Of a stretch of DNA of 45,271 nucleotides, positions 9,669 through 20,676 are shown one piece after another. Every line of letters begins with the position of its first letter. The stretch's first letter is position 1. Source of the DNA: Candidatus Poribacteria bacterium (GTDB taxonomy: Bacteria; Poribacteria; WGA-4E; UBA9662); assembly GCA_046582655.1 (NCBI GenBank), contig JAYGDX010000094.1:1-45271 (forward strand), read 5' to 3'. Below the pieces are notes generated by a model. It was not told the origin of the DNA and made no database searches. It saw nothing but the letters and a program-made list of their open reading frames with translations. The position numbers and the translations under genes were made by a program.

Positions 9669-11442
9669 AGTTTCCCACCGCATACTTATTTGTTTTATCT
9701 TTATGTTTCTCATCTTTCATTTCCTACCGTTATTGCATGCCGAATTAAAATTGATACGAAATATTGTCCTAACCGGCAACAAATTTCTTTCCGATCAGCA
9801 AATTCGAGACCTGATGGACACTGATGTTAACCAAAACTATAGTCTAGATCTACTGGAGAAGGATTTTCAGCGCATTATTAAATTCTATCAGGACAATGGA
9901 TACCGTTTCGCACGGATAGACCGAAACACTTTGTTCACTAAGCAATTTTCGGAAGGTGTTTATCTTCGCATTCATATTGATGAAGGGAAAATTGGTGGTA
10001 TCATTGTTACTGGAAATCGAAGGACACAGAAAAATGTAATTGTTCGTGAGCTACTCTTTCAAGTTGGTTCCATCTACAACACCCAAGATGAGTTTGAAAG
10101 TGAACGTATTCTGCGGAGAAAACCGTATCTTGGGAGTGCTGAAATTTTCGCAACACGCGATTCCGAATCCAAGCTTGTGCGAATTGAAGTTGCGGTTACT
10201 GATGTGTGGACGATTATGCCAACCCTTGATCTACCAGCGTTTAGTAAGGATAGATCCGATTTACTAATTACACTCTCTGACTCGAATCTTCTGGGTTTAG
10301 GAAACAGTGCTGGTTTCCGATTTCATCAAATTCGTGCGGCTGAGGAGAGAACACGCAATCTCTTGAGTTTTAGCCATGGGATACCACGTATTTTTGATTC
10401 ACATTGGGGAATATACGGCATATATACACAAAAACGTGAAGGCGATTCTTGGCAGGCACGATTACACCGACCGCTGTATTCACTTCAAACAAAATGGAGT
10501 GGCGATTCTTCGTTATCTGAGTCAATTGACCTTATCCATTGGTATGACAAAGATGGGAAAAAAACAGATACTTTTGAACGTCTCCTCTACATGCACTCAG
10601 GACAGATCATTCGAGTTTTCGGTAATCGATATCGACGCACACTAGTTGGACTATGGGCAAAATCAAGTAGGTCAATATACATCAAAACTGGAGAGGATAT
10701 TTCACTATCCAATGCGAACCTGACCAATCGAAGTACCCAAAGAATCGGTATTTCTATCGAAAAGGTTCAACGGACTTACATTCGAACCCGTTTCTTGAAT
10801 CAAATGGGACGTGTTGAAGACGTTGGTTTGGGACACTATTACGGCGTATCAATTGGACAGGCATCAAGCTGGTACGGTGCTGACCGGACAGATTCAGAAT
10901 TGACCCTTTCTTTTGCTTCAATTCAGGCCTACCGCAGACGAGTCTTCCTCAATTCGCTGATGGGGGTTGTTACCAACTTTGATAAGCATCAGATATATAG
11001 TTCCATACTAACGGCACTGATTAAAGTAACTGCCAAAGACATCTACTATCAAACCCTAGCCCTTCAAGTAAAAACCGCAATGGGGTTCAATCTTGACGGT
11101 AAAGGACAAATATTGCTTGGAAACTTGCATGGTCTTCGAGGATATCGCCAAGTCCATTTCAGTGGCGAAAAGCGAATCGTCATTAATGTTGAAAGCCGCA
11201 CCGTTTTTTGGGAAGGCTCTCACATTATCTTCGGTGCAGTAGCGTTTATAGATATCGGTTACATTTGGAAAGATATAGATATCAATATTCAGGATCCAAA
11301 AAGAAGCGTTGGTCTGGGATTGAGGTTCAGCAGTCCAAAACTGAACGGGTTCCAGGTTTATCGTTTGGACTTAGCCTTTCCATTGGATAGGAAAGGCCAA
11401 TCAAAGCCAGTAATCAGCTATGCGGTGGGACACGCTTTCTAA
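9658..11442 (+). CDS. Omp85 (BamA/TamA-like) outer membrane protein with POTRA domains
   Basis: Signal peptide, two POTRA-like repeats (IVLTGNKFLSD...YQDNGY; IIVTGNRRTQKNVIVREL), lid motif LRGY, SVGLGLRF and terminal YAVGHAF. The start at 9658 overlaps the upstream stop. Confidence 0.82.
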   Translation: MRYKVSHRILICFIFMFLIFHFLPLLHAELKLIRNIVLTGNKFLSDQQIRDLMDTDVNQNYSLDLLEKDFQRIIKFYQDNGYRFARIDRNTLFTKQFSEGVYLRIHIDEGKIGGIIVTGNRRTQKNVIVRELLFQVGSIYNTQDEFESERILRRKPYLGSAEIFATRDSESKLVRIEVAVTDVWTIMPTLDLPAFSKDRSDLLITLSDSNLLGLGNSAGFRFHQIRAAEERTRNLLSFSHGIPRIFDSHWGIYGIYTQKREGDSWQARLHRPLYSLQTKWSGDSSLSESIDLIHWYDKDGKKTDTFERLLYMHSGQIIRVFGNRYRRTLVGLWAKSSRSIYIKTGEDISLSNANLTNRSTQRIGISIEKVQRTYIRTRFLNQMGRVEDVGLGHYYGVSIGQASSWYGADRTDSELTLSFASIQAYRRRVFLNSLMGVVTNFDKHQIYSSILTALIKVTAKDIYYQTLALQVKTAMGFNLDGKGQILLGNLHGLRGYRQVHFSGEKRIVINVESRTVFWEGSHIIFGAVAFIDIGYIWKDIDINIQDPKRSVGLGLRFSSPKLNGFQVYRLDLAFPLDRKGQSKPVISYAVGHAF

Positions 11443-11505
11443 ATCAATGCCTATTTCCAACCAAATCATCTGCTTTATTTGCTAATTTCATCAATATTCT
11501 GTTAG

Positions 11506-11835
11506 CTACCGAATAATTGACTTTGAAGTCGGTACGATGCGTGTAACGCTAATTTTCTCTCGATCAATAAGTTCCCCAACACGCGGTCCAAGATTGACTT
11601 TCCAGTGATCAGTTTCGTAAACCGAACGATACAAATCTTCTCGTTGCACTTCACTCTCAAAACGACGGATCCAGACATAGAGATCCCCATCTTCTTCAGG
11701 ATTCTCGCTGACAAAACTTCCAACGACCACCATTCCTTTTGACAGCTGAAACGGTAGAATTTCTTCTTCCATAAGTTGAATCCAATTTTCACGTTGACCA
11801 GATTTTATGTTATATTGACGTAACTCAAAAAACAT
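11506..11835 (-). CDS. NIPSNAP family protein
   Basis: MFFELRQYNIKSGQRENW...GMVVVGSF...YVWIRRFESE; 109 aa. Confidence 0.85.
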   Translation of the reverse strand: MFFELRQYNIKSGQRENWIQLMEEEILPFQLSKGMVVVGSFVSENPEEDGDLYVWIRRFESEVQREDLYRSVYETDHWKVNLGPRVGELIDREKISVTRIVPTSKSIIR

Positions 11836-11941
11836 CCATTTCTCCTCCTACAACCAATTGTTAAAAATATTCAGTTTCCCAATTAGAATTCTACCATGAA
11901 AATAACCAACACAAAAAAATGATTGTTGTAACTACTCTGTG

Positions 11942-12967
11942 TTAGAGGGAAACAGCTTTACCTGTAGCCATAGATTCGAAAGCCGCGTCAATAACTTTCA
12001 TTTGGTTGATGCAGCTTTCTGGTGAAACACGGTGAGGTTGACCTGTTTCCAGGCAATCACATAGATATTGCAACTGAAGGGTAAATTGGTTGGCCGGTTC
12101 AAAGTGAATTATCTCAAGACCATCTTTAGTATTCGGTTCTATCGTTACTGGCTGATTCTCATTGTTCCAAACTTTGTCCAATCTTAACATCCCTGCTGTC
12201 CCAGAAATTTCAGCGTACTGACCACCAGCCGCATTAAAACCAGTAGAAATTTGAGCAATACGATTATCAGGAAAAACTAACAGCAGATAAGTTCCATCAT
12301 CCACTTCAAGCCCCGGTTGTGCAACAGCAAACACCTGAACCGGCTCGACACCAAAGATGAAGCGAGCATGGTGGATACAATAACAGGCAAGATCATAGAT
12401 GCTACCACCACCTTTGGCCTTGTTGAATCGCCAGTTATTCTCGGGTTTCCTAGTTTCTGGCCCACTACCACCACCGCCTGTGCAAAATGTACTACGGATA
12501 TTCATGACGTCCCCAATCGCTCCAGAATCAACAAGTTCTTTGGCCTTAAGATGCATCGGATGATGTCGAAATTTGAATGCTTCTGCAATCAAAATGCCAT
12601 TTTCAGTAGCAGCAGCAACCATTTGCTCAGCCTCATAGGCATTCAGTGTGAATGGCTTTTCACATAGAATTGCCTTTACTTTTCCAGAATTGGCGATTTG
12701 AATACCGTTCTCGGCATGATAAGCTCCCCAAGTACAAATGCTGACAATATCCAGATTTTCTTTTTCCAGCATTTCGTCCAAATCGAGATATCTATTTGAC
12801 ACCTCGAACGTTTCTCCATACCGATTCAGCGCCTCTTCTGATACATCGCAGATGGCGCAGAGTTCAGCAGACTCTGCCTCCCGGCATGCATTTCCATGTG
12901 CATGGGCAATTCCGCCAGTGCCGACGATTCCCACGCGAAAAAGATCGGTTGTTGTTCCGTTCAACAT
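11942..12967 (-). CDS. Gfo/Idh/MocA family oxidoreductase
   Basis: GIVGTGGIA Rossmann motif, LCEKP, and GGGSIYDLACYCI. Confidence 0.92.
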   Translation of the reverse strand: MLNGTTTDLFRVGIVGTGGIAHAHGNACREAESAELCAICDVSEEALNRYGETFEVSNRYLDLDEMLEKENLDIVSICTWGAYHAENGIQIANSGKVKAILCEKPFTLNAYEAEQMVAAATENGILIAEAFKFRHHPMHLKAKELVDSGAIGDVMNIRSTFCTGGGGSGPETRKPENNWRFNKAKGGGSIYDLACYCIHHARFIFGVEPVQVFAVAQPGLEVDDGTYLLLVFPDNRIAQISTGFNAAGGQYAEISGTAGMLRLDKVWNNENQPVTIEPNTKDGLEIIHFEPANQFTLQLQYLCDCLETGQPHRVSPESCINQMKVIDAAFESMATGKAVSL

Positions 12968-13220
12968 AATTGCTTCTCCATTGGCATTACTAACATCAAC
13001 CTTTTTATCATAACTGAATACTATAAATAATTCCAGATTGGTAATATTAATGCGGTTCGATTCATACTACGTGACGCAATAGATTCACCATATCATATCT
13101 GAAGACCTATCACTAAAATTAAAGCTGGATCGACAACCATTATCAAGAATCATCTAAATTTAATTAACAAACTTCTTGTTAGGCACTAACTTAATTGAAT
13201 CAAAGTAAGAAATCTATTAA

Positions 13221-13982
13221 TCACCATAATCCTGGAATAAGAGCCTTGCGTTCAAGAGGATAACCAGGAAAATGCTGATGATACCAAAAATGATGGAAGC
13301 GAGACCTAGGAACCAGATTAGCAGCTGTCCAAACGGAAAATGTCAAGCTTGGCAGTGACCATGTGGCTACGCCCCAACCAACCCACTCAATGATCTCACC
13401 CAAATAATTTGGACAGGATATCCATCGAAACAGTCCACCAAATGGAATCTTGTAATTCGATTCACCTGGCCGACGAAGGTTGCAGAGTATATAATCGGCT
13501 TGGCAATTGATAACGAAACCAACCAGAAAAAGCCCAAATCCAAATATGAATCGTGGATCCATAAGCCATCTGTTCGGGTAGCCATCGGAAATTGAAAACA
13601 AATAATGCCCAATAAAAAAACTATTTATGATATTAAACATAAAGCCTAATATCATAATTGCAACTGGCATTCGCTTTTCCTTGCCTCGCAAACGAAAAGG
13701 ATAAATAAAGGCTCGGTGTACATAATGCATTTCCCACATAACCAGAAAAGCTATTGTAGTAACCGTTTTTGAATTCTGACCAAGTATAAAACTAAAAAAA
13801 AAGATGATTGGCGAGGGGGCCTCCATAACCAGCCAACCAATTTGATTTTTGACGGTAACACCCCATCCATGGCGTATATGACGACCATATGGGACAGGAA
13901 TAACTAACAGTATCAGAAAAGATATTACAGACAATCCAAACCAGCCGATAATCAGGAAATTGAAAAGCAGATGTTGGTTCAT
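13221..13982 (-). CDS. 3-oxo-5-alpha-steroid 4-dehydrogenase (steroid 5alpha-reductase, SRD5A/DET2-like)
   Basis: PYGRH, [52 protein letters not shown] and ANLVPR motifs; multi-TM. Likely start MNQH at 13982. Confidence 0.9.
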   Translation of the reverse strand: [253 protein letters not shown]

Positions 13983-14004
13983 ACCAGTTTCTGAGATTCG
14001 GACA

Positions 14005-14985
14005 TCAAAGAATAAAACCTGTGTCTTGAAACCATTGCATGGTATCAATTAATGTTTCCTGTAAAGGTCGAGGATGGTAATCGAGTTCACAGCGTGCTTT
14101 TTGACAACTAATACTCCGATTACCACAAAGTGCGTGTAGAGACGCTTTGGTATAAAGCTGCCGTTTCTTTGTCAGGTAAGCCAACGTGCTGACAAAGGGA
14201 ACACCAGCTTGAGCTAGCCACATTGGACATACGAAAGGAGGTAGAGGAACACCGACAATCTCTCCAATTATGTCTGCTAGTTTTTCGATCGAACACCAGT
14301 GACCGGATAGGATATATCGATCGCCACTTGCCAATTTCTCTTCAGCTCTAAGCGCACCTTTAATTACGTCGCGAACATCCACCCAATTAAATCCACCATC
14401 AACTAAAGCTGGCATTTTACTGGAAGCAATGTTGAGCAAAACTTGACCAAAATGAGAGGGGCGATAGTCATACGGCCCAATAACACCAGTTGGAATGATA
14501 ATCACGGTTTCCAACCCTTGTTCAATTCCTCTATAAACTTCTTTTTCAGCTGCCGCTTTAGATCGATCATAAGGAGGATCGGTTTCTGATTCAGCTAAGG
14601 AACGTGATTCATCTATGGGAACATCTAGAGGTTTTTGTGTAAATGCATGAATTGAACTAAAATAGATCAATCGTTGTACACCACAATGCAAGCATGCTTT
14701 GATCACATTTTGCGTACCATAGACATTAATTAACTCAAGACGCGGCCATTCACTCGCTAGTATTGAAATGTAGGCGGCTAAATGGTAAACAACCTCCATC
14801 CCACTGAACGCGCGATACAAAGATGCCAAATCACGGACATCCCCCTTCACAATCTCAACGTCTAATCCATCAATTGCTCGCTGATCCCGATGGATCAACA
14901 CACGTACGGCACGGCCCTGAGACAGTAGTGTACGGACCAAGTTTCCTCCGATATGTCCAGAGGCTCCCGTTACGACAGTTTTCAT
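14005..14985 (-). CDS. Extended SDR, NAD-dependent epimerase/dehydratase (DFR/HpnA/3beta-HSD-like)
   Basis: VVTGASGHIG, VYHLAA, INVYGT, FSSIHA, catalytic YDRSK and WVDVRDV. Likely start MKTVV at 14985. Confidence 0.88.
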   Translation of the reverse strand: MKTVVTGASGHIGGNLVRTLLSQGRAVRVLIHRDQRAIDGLDVEIVKGDVRDLASLYRAFSGMEVVYHLAAYISILASEWPRLELINVYGTQNVIKACLHCGVQRLIYFSSIHAFTQKPLDVPIDESRSLAESETDPPYDRSKAAAEKEVYRGIEQGLETVIIIPTGVIGPYDYRPSHFGQVLLNIASSKMPALVDGGFNWVDVRDVIKGALRAEEKLASGDRYILSGHWCSIEKLADIIGEIVGVPLPPFVCPMWLAQAGVPFVSTLAYLTKKRQLYTKASLHALCGNRSISCQKARCELDYHPRPLQETLIDTMQWFQDTGFIL

Positions 14986-15072
14986 GAGCTGGTAAACCAT
15001 TCCAGACAATTCTACAACCATACATCGTACACACGATCAGCCAATCGTTTAAAAATCACTACAGCTAATTTT

Positions 15073-15276
15073 TCACTTCACTTCTGTATCAACTCGATCA
15101 GAAATGAGCACTCCTCCACGAGACCAATGATCCTTCTCTACCTCTTCGATGACAACCATCGTACCATCTGGATTGGCATCGCAGATATCAACCATTGCAT
15201 CGGTAATAGTTTTAACCAGTTGACGCTTTTGTTCCTGATTCCTACCTTTCAACATCTTAACCATAATGAAGGGCAT
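15073..15276 (-). CDS. 4-oxalocrotonate tautomerase family protein
   Basis: M-PFIMVKMLKGRNQEQKRQLV...VVIEEV...WSRGG, with the catalytic Pro1 directly after Met at 15276. Confidence 0.88.
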   Translation of the reverse strand: MPFIMVKMLKGRNQEQKRQLVKTITDAMVDICDANPDGTMVVIEEVEKDHWSRGGVLISDRVDTEVK

Positions 15277-15532
15277 ATCCATCTCCTAGAAAGTAGATAT
15301 ATGCGACAATTCTAATACATTCGTTCCTTAGGATTGCAAGCACGTCATTATAGCAAAACCAAAGTGGAAATTCAATCAAACACCGATCGGTCTGAAATTG
15401 GTAATATATTCTTTGATTTTTCTGTTGTTTCCCTACTTCGTATACAGATAACACCAAGCTGATTAATCCCATTTAAATTAGGGTATAATAATTCATGCAA
15501 GTAAATGTCGATCCAATTGTTAGGATATTACT

Positions 15533-17725
15533 ATGCTAAAAAACAACCGAGTTTTGCTGCTAGGAATATTGACAATAATGATGAATTGGACAGTGATGAC
15601 TGAGCCTAACCAAACCGTTTTAGTTGACAACGAAGAGGCGCAAGCGTCCCTTATCATTCCGCCTGACTCCAGCCACTCAATTAAGTGCAGCTGACGAACT
15701 AAAAACCCATATAGAGGCAATCTCAGGCGCTAGAATCCCGATTACAGGCGATGATACAAAGGTCAACGGCGTTAAGACTTTGATTGGACCGCCACTCTCA
15801 AATTCCAGTTTGAACAAGATGCGGAAGGGTAGTGATGACCCTGCTACCTTCCGGATTTCCGTGACCAACGGAACAGTACAGTTAATGGGTCTTTCAGATC
15901 AAGGTATACTATTCGCCGTTTATGAATTATTGGAACAACTTGGTGTACGCTGGTTTGTTCCTGGAGAAATCGGCACTGATATCCCTCAGAATTCAACTAT
16001 AACCGTACCTCATCAGGACATCATTCAGCATCCTGGTTTTGCAGGACGAATATTAACTCTTGACGGCAGAGGAAATAACAGTCAAAAATGGTTCAGGAGA
16101 ATGAAGATGGGAGGTTTTAATACTGGAGGGCTTGGGCTTGGAATCCACGCAGATCCAGAGACAGAGCCAGAACTTTTCATGATGGGAAATAACCATCGGA
16201 CCAAATTCGCGCATGTAGAAAGAACCAGTGGTGGGACTAAAATAAAGGTCAGCCACCCTAAGGTGTTGCAACGAGTAATCGAGGCCTGCCGGAAAGATTT
16301 AGGAAAAAACCCCGACACCAAGTATATGAGCATTGGGCCAAAAGAGGGGCATGGATTCGGTTTTGATCAATGGGATGCTGACGATATTGACCCACTGCAC
16401 GGCAACGTGTCAGTTACCGACCGATACGTAAAATTCTTCAATCTTATACTTGATGATATCCAGAGAGACTATCCTAATGTTGGATTGTCGTTTTACTGCT
16501 ATTCGCAACACATGCGGCCGCCAGTTAGAGAAAATCCTAACTCAAAAATCCTGCCGGTACTAGCCCCCATAGACATTTGCCGGCTTCATGATATTGACAA
16601 TCCGCATTGCTGGGAACGCCAATACATTAAAAAGATTATCGAAGGCTGGAAAGCACTTGACGTCAAGATGATGTACCGAGGATATTTGTTTAACCTGCTG
16701 ATCATGGGTTGCCTTTTTCCATGATTCAGCAGGTTCGTCGTGAATATCTATACTATCACTAGCAGGATATGATAGCGTGTCGAGTAGAATGTCATCCGGC
16801 ATGGGCTTATCATGGTCCATCACTTTACCTAGCAGCCAAAATCATGTGGAATCCTGCACTCGATGTTGATGCGACGCTTGACGATTATTTTTCGCGGTTT
16901 TATGGTCCTGCGGCTAGACCAATGAGAACCCACTTCGAAATCCTTGAAAGTGCGATTCAAAAAGCTGATTACCATACCGGTAATGTTTTTGACATGCCGC
17001 ATATTTTTACCCCAAAAGTTATGGATAAAATGAACATAACTCTTCAGCAAGCAGAAAATCTAGCTATTGATGATTCAATCTATGTGCGACGTGTTAACAT
17101 AATCTGAATTGGGTATGACTACGGTGTAGCAAACCTAGCAATGATGGCAGCAGTCAAAATTTCGATTCTGTTCTAGCCAAAGAACAATTAGACCTAATAA
17201 CAAAAGAAATCGGCCCAAAAGCTCTGGCACATGACCCACCTTTAATTAGTTGGCGTTACGGTGATGTTGAAAGAGGATTTATTAATCGCTTCTGGCAACA
17301 AACGGTTGAACCAGGCCTCAATCATACCACAAATGGTAATGAGCTCGCCGCCAAGTTACCGGATGAATGGTTTTCATGCTTGATCCGTTTGATGGCGGTG
17401 AAGGATTAGGCCTGTGGAAACCTGATGTGGGAACCGACTCTTGGTAGAAACTGAAGACATACTCACAGTCTTGGTCCAACCAAGGTTTGCGCTACTACAA
17501 AGGAGCGGCTTAGTATCGAACTCAGGCGAATGTACCAAGCAAATACAAGGGACGCAAGATATGTTGGTGGTTAGGCGGAGTGGATGAAACACCCAAAATT
17601 TGGGTCAATGGCACTCCATTACCAGAACTGACTCGTGGTACAGCCCGATTGGTCACCCCTGAGAAATGGATGAACTCGGCGCCGACGGACTTACTAGCCC
17701 GGCCATGATTTATGCTTCCAAGTAA
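15533..17725 (+). pseudogene. DUF4838-like secreted protein (GH67-N-like N-terminus, C-terminal sugar-binding domain), decayed
   Basis: Signal-like MLKNNRVLLLGIL; AADELKTHIEAISGA, GILFAVYELLEQLGVRWF-PG, YLAAKIMWNP...LDDYFSRFYGPAA, and SWSNQGLRYYKGAA*YRT...LGGVDE...WVNG. Several frameshifts and in-frame stops at 16760, 17105, 17445 and 17511. Confidence 0.78.
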
Positions 17726-17911
17726 TTGGCAGTCATCCGATCGAATCGAATGAGCGTTTCAAGGACTAACCTGACTCCAACATAATACTAATATATCAAA
17801 CAAGATGAAAGACTATAAATGGATATTGGAACGGACAATATACTTACATCCTAAGTAGTCTTCGATAACAAAGATAAGCTGAGCTAACCAGAAAGAGCAA
17901 TATCAGTTATC

Positions 17912-18820
17912 ATGAAAAAGCAGGAAACATTATTGGAAGGCATTGTTGTCGAGCACTTTGTACCTAACAAACCTCATAAGGGTAAGGTCTTAGCTGCTGT
18001 TCAGGCACACGCAGACGACATTCCACTTTTCGCTGCCGGCACAATTGCCAAATTTATCGCAGAAGGTTACATAGGCTATCTGATCCAGACAACAAACGAT
18101 GAGAAATGCGGACCAACGCCAAGTATCGGTCAAACTATATTGAGTAACGAATTCGAAGTCGACGAATTGGCTAAAGTCTTGGGATTAAAAATGGTATTCA
18201 ATCTTGGATACCGGAATCACCGCTTGGACGAAGCGTCACCAACAGAACTACGGGCTCGATTGGTATTTCTATTTCGTGCCCTCAAAGTCGACAGCGTATT
18301 TACTTTCAATCCTTGGGGACATGGTGAAGAAAATCCAGATCACTACATAACTGCGCAAGCTGTTGAAGCCGCTCGCTGGATGGCTGGTATGGGTAAAGAT
18401 TATCCGGAACAAGTTGCTTGTGGCATCACGCCTCACACTGTAAGAGAACAATATTATTGGGTCGCCCGTCGAGGCCAACCGTATAATCGGGTAATAGACA
18501 TAAGCAACTACATAGAAGAAAAAGTGGCTTCCATGAGTACCAATAAATCTCAGGGTCCAGCCGGTTCACAAGGTTCTAGGCTGAGGGCAAAGCTGACAGA
18601 GCAGGCATTGCGTCTGCCAGAACTTGGTGATGATGATGAAACCGCGGATCGCCAGTACATTAAACTGTTTGGTTTAAAGGAGAACAGGGAACTCGGAAAA
18701 AGGCACGGACTAGAGTTCGCAGAAGGATTCTACTATGTCGGTCCCGGAGGCACATTTACTGGTTGTATTGAATCCACCGATGTAGAAAGTTACGTTGCCA
18801 AAAACGCTGTCCCCCTCTAA
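17912..18820 (+). CDS. PIG-L/LmbE family deacetylase
   Basis: VLAAVQAHADD metal motif and ENPDH second motif. Confidence 0.85.
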   Translation: MKKQETLLEGIVVEHFVPNKPHKGKVLAAVQAHADDIPLFAAGTIAKFIAEGYIGYLIQTTNDEKCGPTPSIGQTILSNEFEVDELAKVLGLKMVFNLGYRNHRLDEASPTELRARLVFLFRALKVDSVFTFNPWGHGEENPDHYITAQAVEAARWMAGMGKDYPEQVACGITPHTVREQYYWVARRGQPYNRVIDISNYIEEKVASMSTNKSQGPAGSQGSRLRAKLTEQALRLPELGDDDETADRQYIKLFGLKENRELGKRHGLEFAEGFYYVGPGGTFTGCIESTDVESYVAKNAVPL

Positions 18821-18823
18821 CAG

Positions 18824-18870
18824 ATATTAAGAGTAGATTGAAACGAGGAGATTCAATCTACTCTTAATAT
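18824..18870. terminator. Perfect 19-bp inverted repeat between convergent genes; probable bidirectional terminator
   Basis: ATATTAAGAGTAGATTGAA (18824-18842), a 9-nt loop, then TTCAATCTACTCTTAATAT (18852-18870). Confidence 0.7.
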
Positions 18871-18884
18871 AAAGACAAAATTGT

Positions 18885-20102
18885 CTATGGCCGCACAATA
18901 GTCCCATCTAACCGCCGATCTTCAGACATATGACGAGGGATTTTTGTCTGTTCGATATCAAGTAATTGAGCAGCTTTTGTTTCATTGATGTCAATACCCA
19001 ATCCTGATTGGTCATTAGTATAGAGATATCCTCCTTCAAGAATAGCATGTCCTGGAAAAACATCTAATTCCTCTGCATTAAAATGATTGTCTTCTTGAAT
19101 TCCAAAACTCCAACTAGCTAAATCTAAATGCATCGCCGCCACCTGATTTACGGGATCATTATCCCCACCCTCCTGCCAAGCGGTATTTATCCCAAACCAT
19201 TCGCACAAACTGGCAATCTTTCGGCATTGCGTAATACCTGCCGCTTTTGAAACCCTAACCCGGACAAAATCAATAAGCCTCTCGGTAATAAGAGGCATCC
19301 ATTCGTGAGGATTAATAAAAAGTTCTCCCATTGCCTGCGGTGTTGTACATTGTTGCCGAATCAGGCGAAACCAAGCAATTTGCTCAGGTGGAAGCACATC
19401 TTCAAGAAAATACAAGCGGTAAGGTTCAAGGAGTTTAGACAAAGTTACAGCATTCTGCGGACGGAGATGTTCGTGAACATCGTGGGTCAGTTTAGGCTTA
19501 AATCCTAACTTTGAACGCAAATAATCGAACATCTTGGGAATGTTCTCCAAATAGGCCTCATCGTCAAAGAAATGTGGCTTATGCCAAGCATTTTTGGATA
19601 ACCGTGCATCACTTTGATCAATGAATCCACCACCACCATACCCTCCAAGCTGACATCGAATAACCTGATATCCCTCTTCCATGTAACTTCGTACATCGTC
19701 CTCCAAAGCAACCAAATCACTTCCACTAGCATGGGCATAACACGGAACTGCTGCACGGCACGGACCACCTAAAAGTTGATAGACTGGCAATCCAGCTTCT
19801 TTCCCTTTGATATCCCAAAGGGCCATATCGATACCAGCCAAAGCGGTATTCAAAATTGACCCATTCCGCCAATATCCGCTGGTGAAAGCGGATTGCCAAT
19901 TATCTTCGATATGACCTGCGTTGCGCCCAATTAGCTTTGGGCCGACACCTTGCTCTACTGCGGTAACCACTGTTTCAGCATGATACTGATCGCTGGCTGA
20001 ACCAATACCATACAGCCCCGGTTGATCCGTTATAACCTTGACAATTACCCATGTCCCATTGGATCTGGTTCGAATGCATTGAATCTCTTTAATATTCGCC
20101 AT
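18885..20102 (-). CDS. Enolase-superfamily acid-sugar dehydratase, ManD/RspA (mannonate dehydratase) subgroup
   Basis: [30 protein letters not shown], and metal ligands in HDVHE, EDVLPPE and AMGE. Confidence 0.88.
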   Translation of the reverse strand: [405 protein letters not shown]

Positions 20103-20676
20103 CTGTTTCTCCTATATTGCTGATTTTTAACAGTGGCCGTTCCCAATATCAACCCGGGAATATTCACCATCAAATCAATCTATGAGTCACCATTATGGTT
20201 CAGCCACATTTTTTAATCAATCTAACTACTATGTTTCTCCTGTCCATTATCGTATCTAAGCTTGAAACAGACCATAAAATTGTATCCAACTAATAACTCG
20301 GTAACATAGTTCCACAGGGATACCCAATTTTTGTGGCGATGCGCCGACAGACAGAATCAGATTACCATGGCATAGCCAGCAAAGGTCTTAGGGTGAGGAT
20401 TACCTACCAAATGCCAATTCGAAGAAGGGAGCTGCTGCGCTCTGGATGATACGCGAGATTTACAGGAGTAATATGAAGAACTTAATCCACAGAATACGAA
20501 AGATGAAGTTTTTAACGTAAACGGTGACAGTTAAACGAATATCGAACAGTATTCAATCACCTGACAAAGGATGGCTTTCATTCTTTTCTGCTGATTACAA
20601 CGAGGTTGCTAAAGCCCTGATAGACTCACTAAATCAAATCAGTTAACATCTATCATGCGCCTTAATTCAAGTCACT

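Noticed and set aside
20103..20676. 570-bp intergenic gap possibly holding a gene remnant or ncRNA
   Set aside because: No frame gave a motif I could recognise and no convincing structure was seen. It needs blastx or Rfam to resolve.
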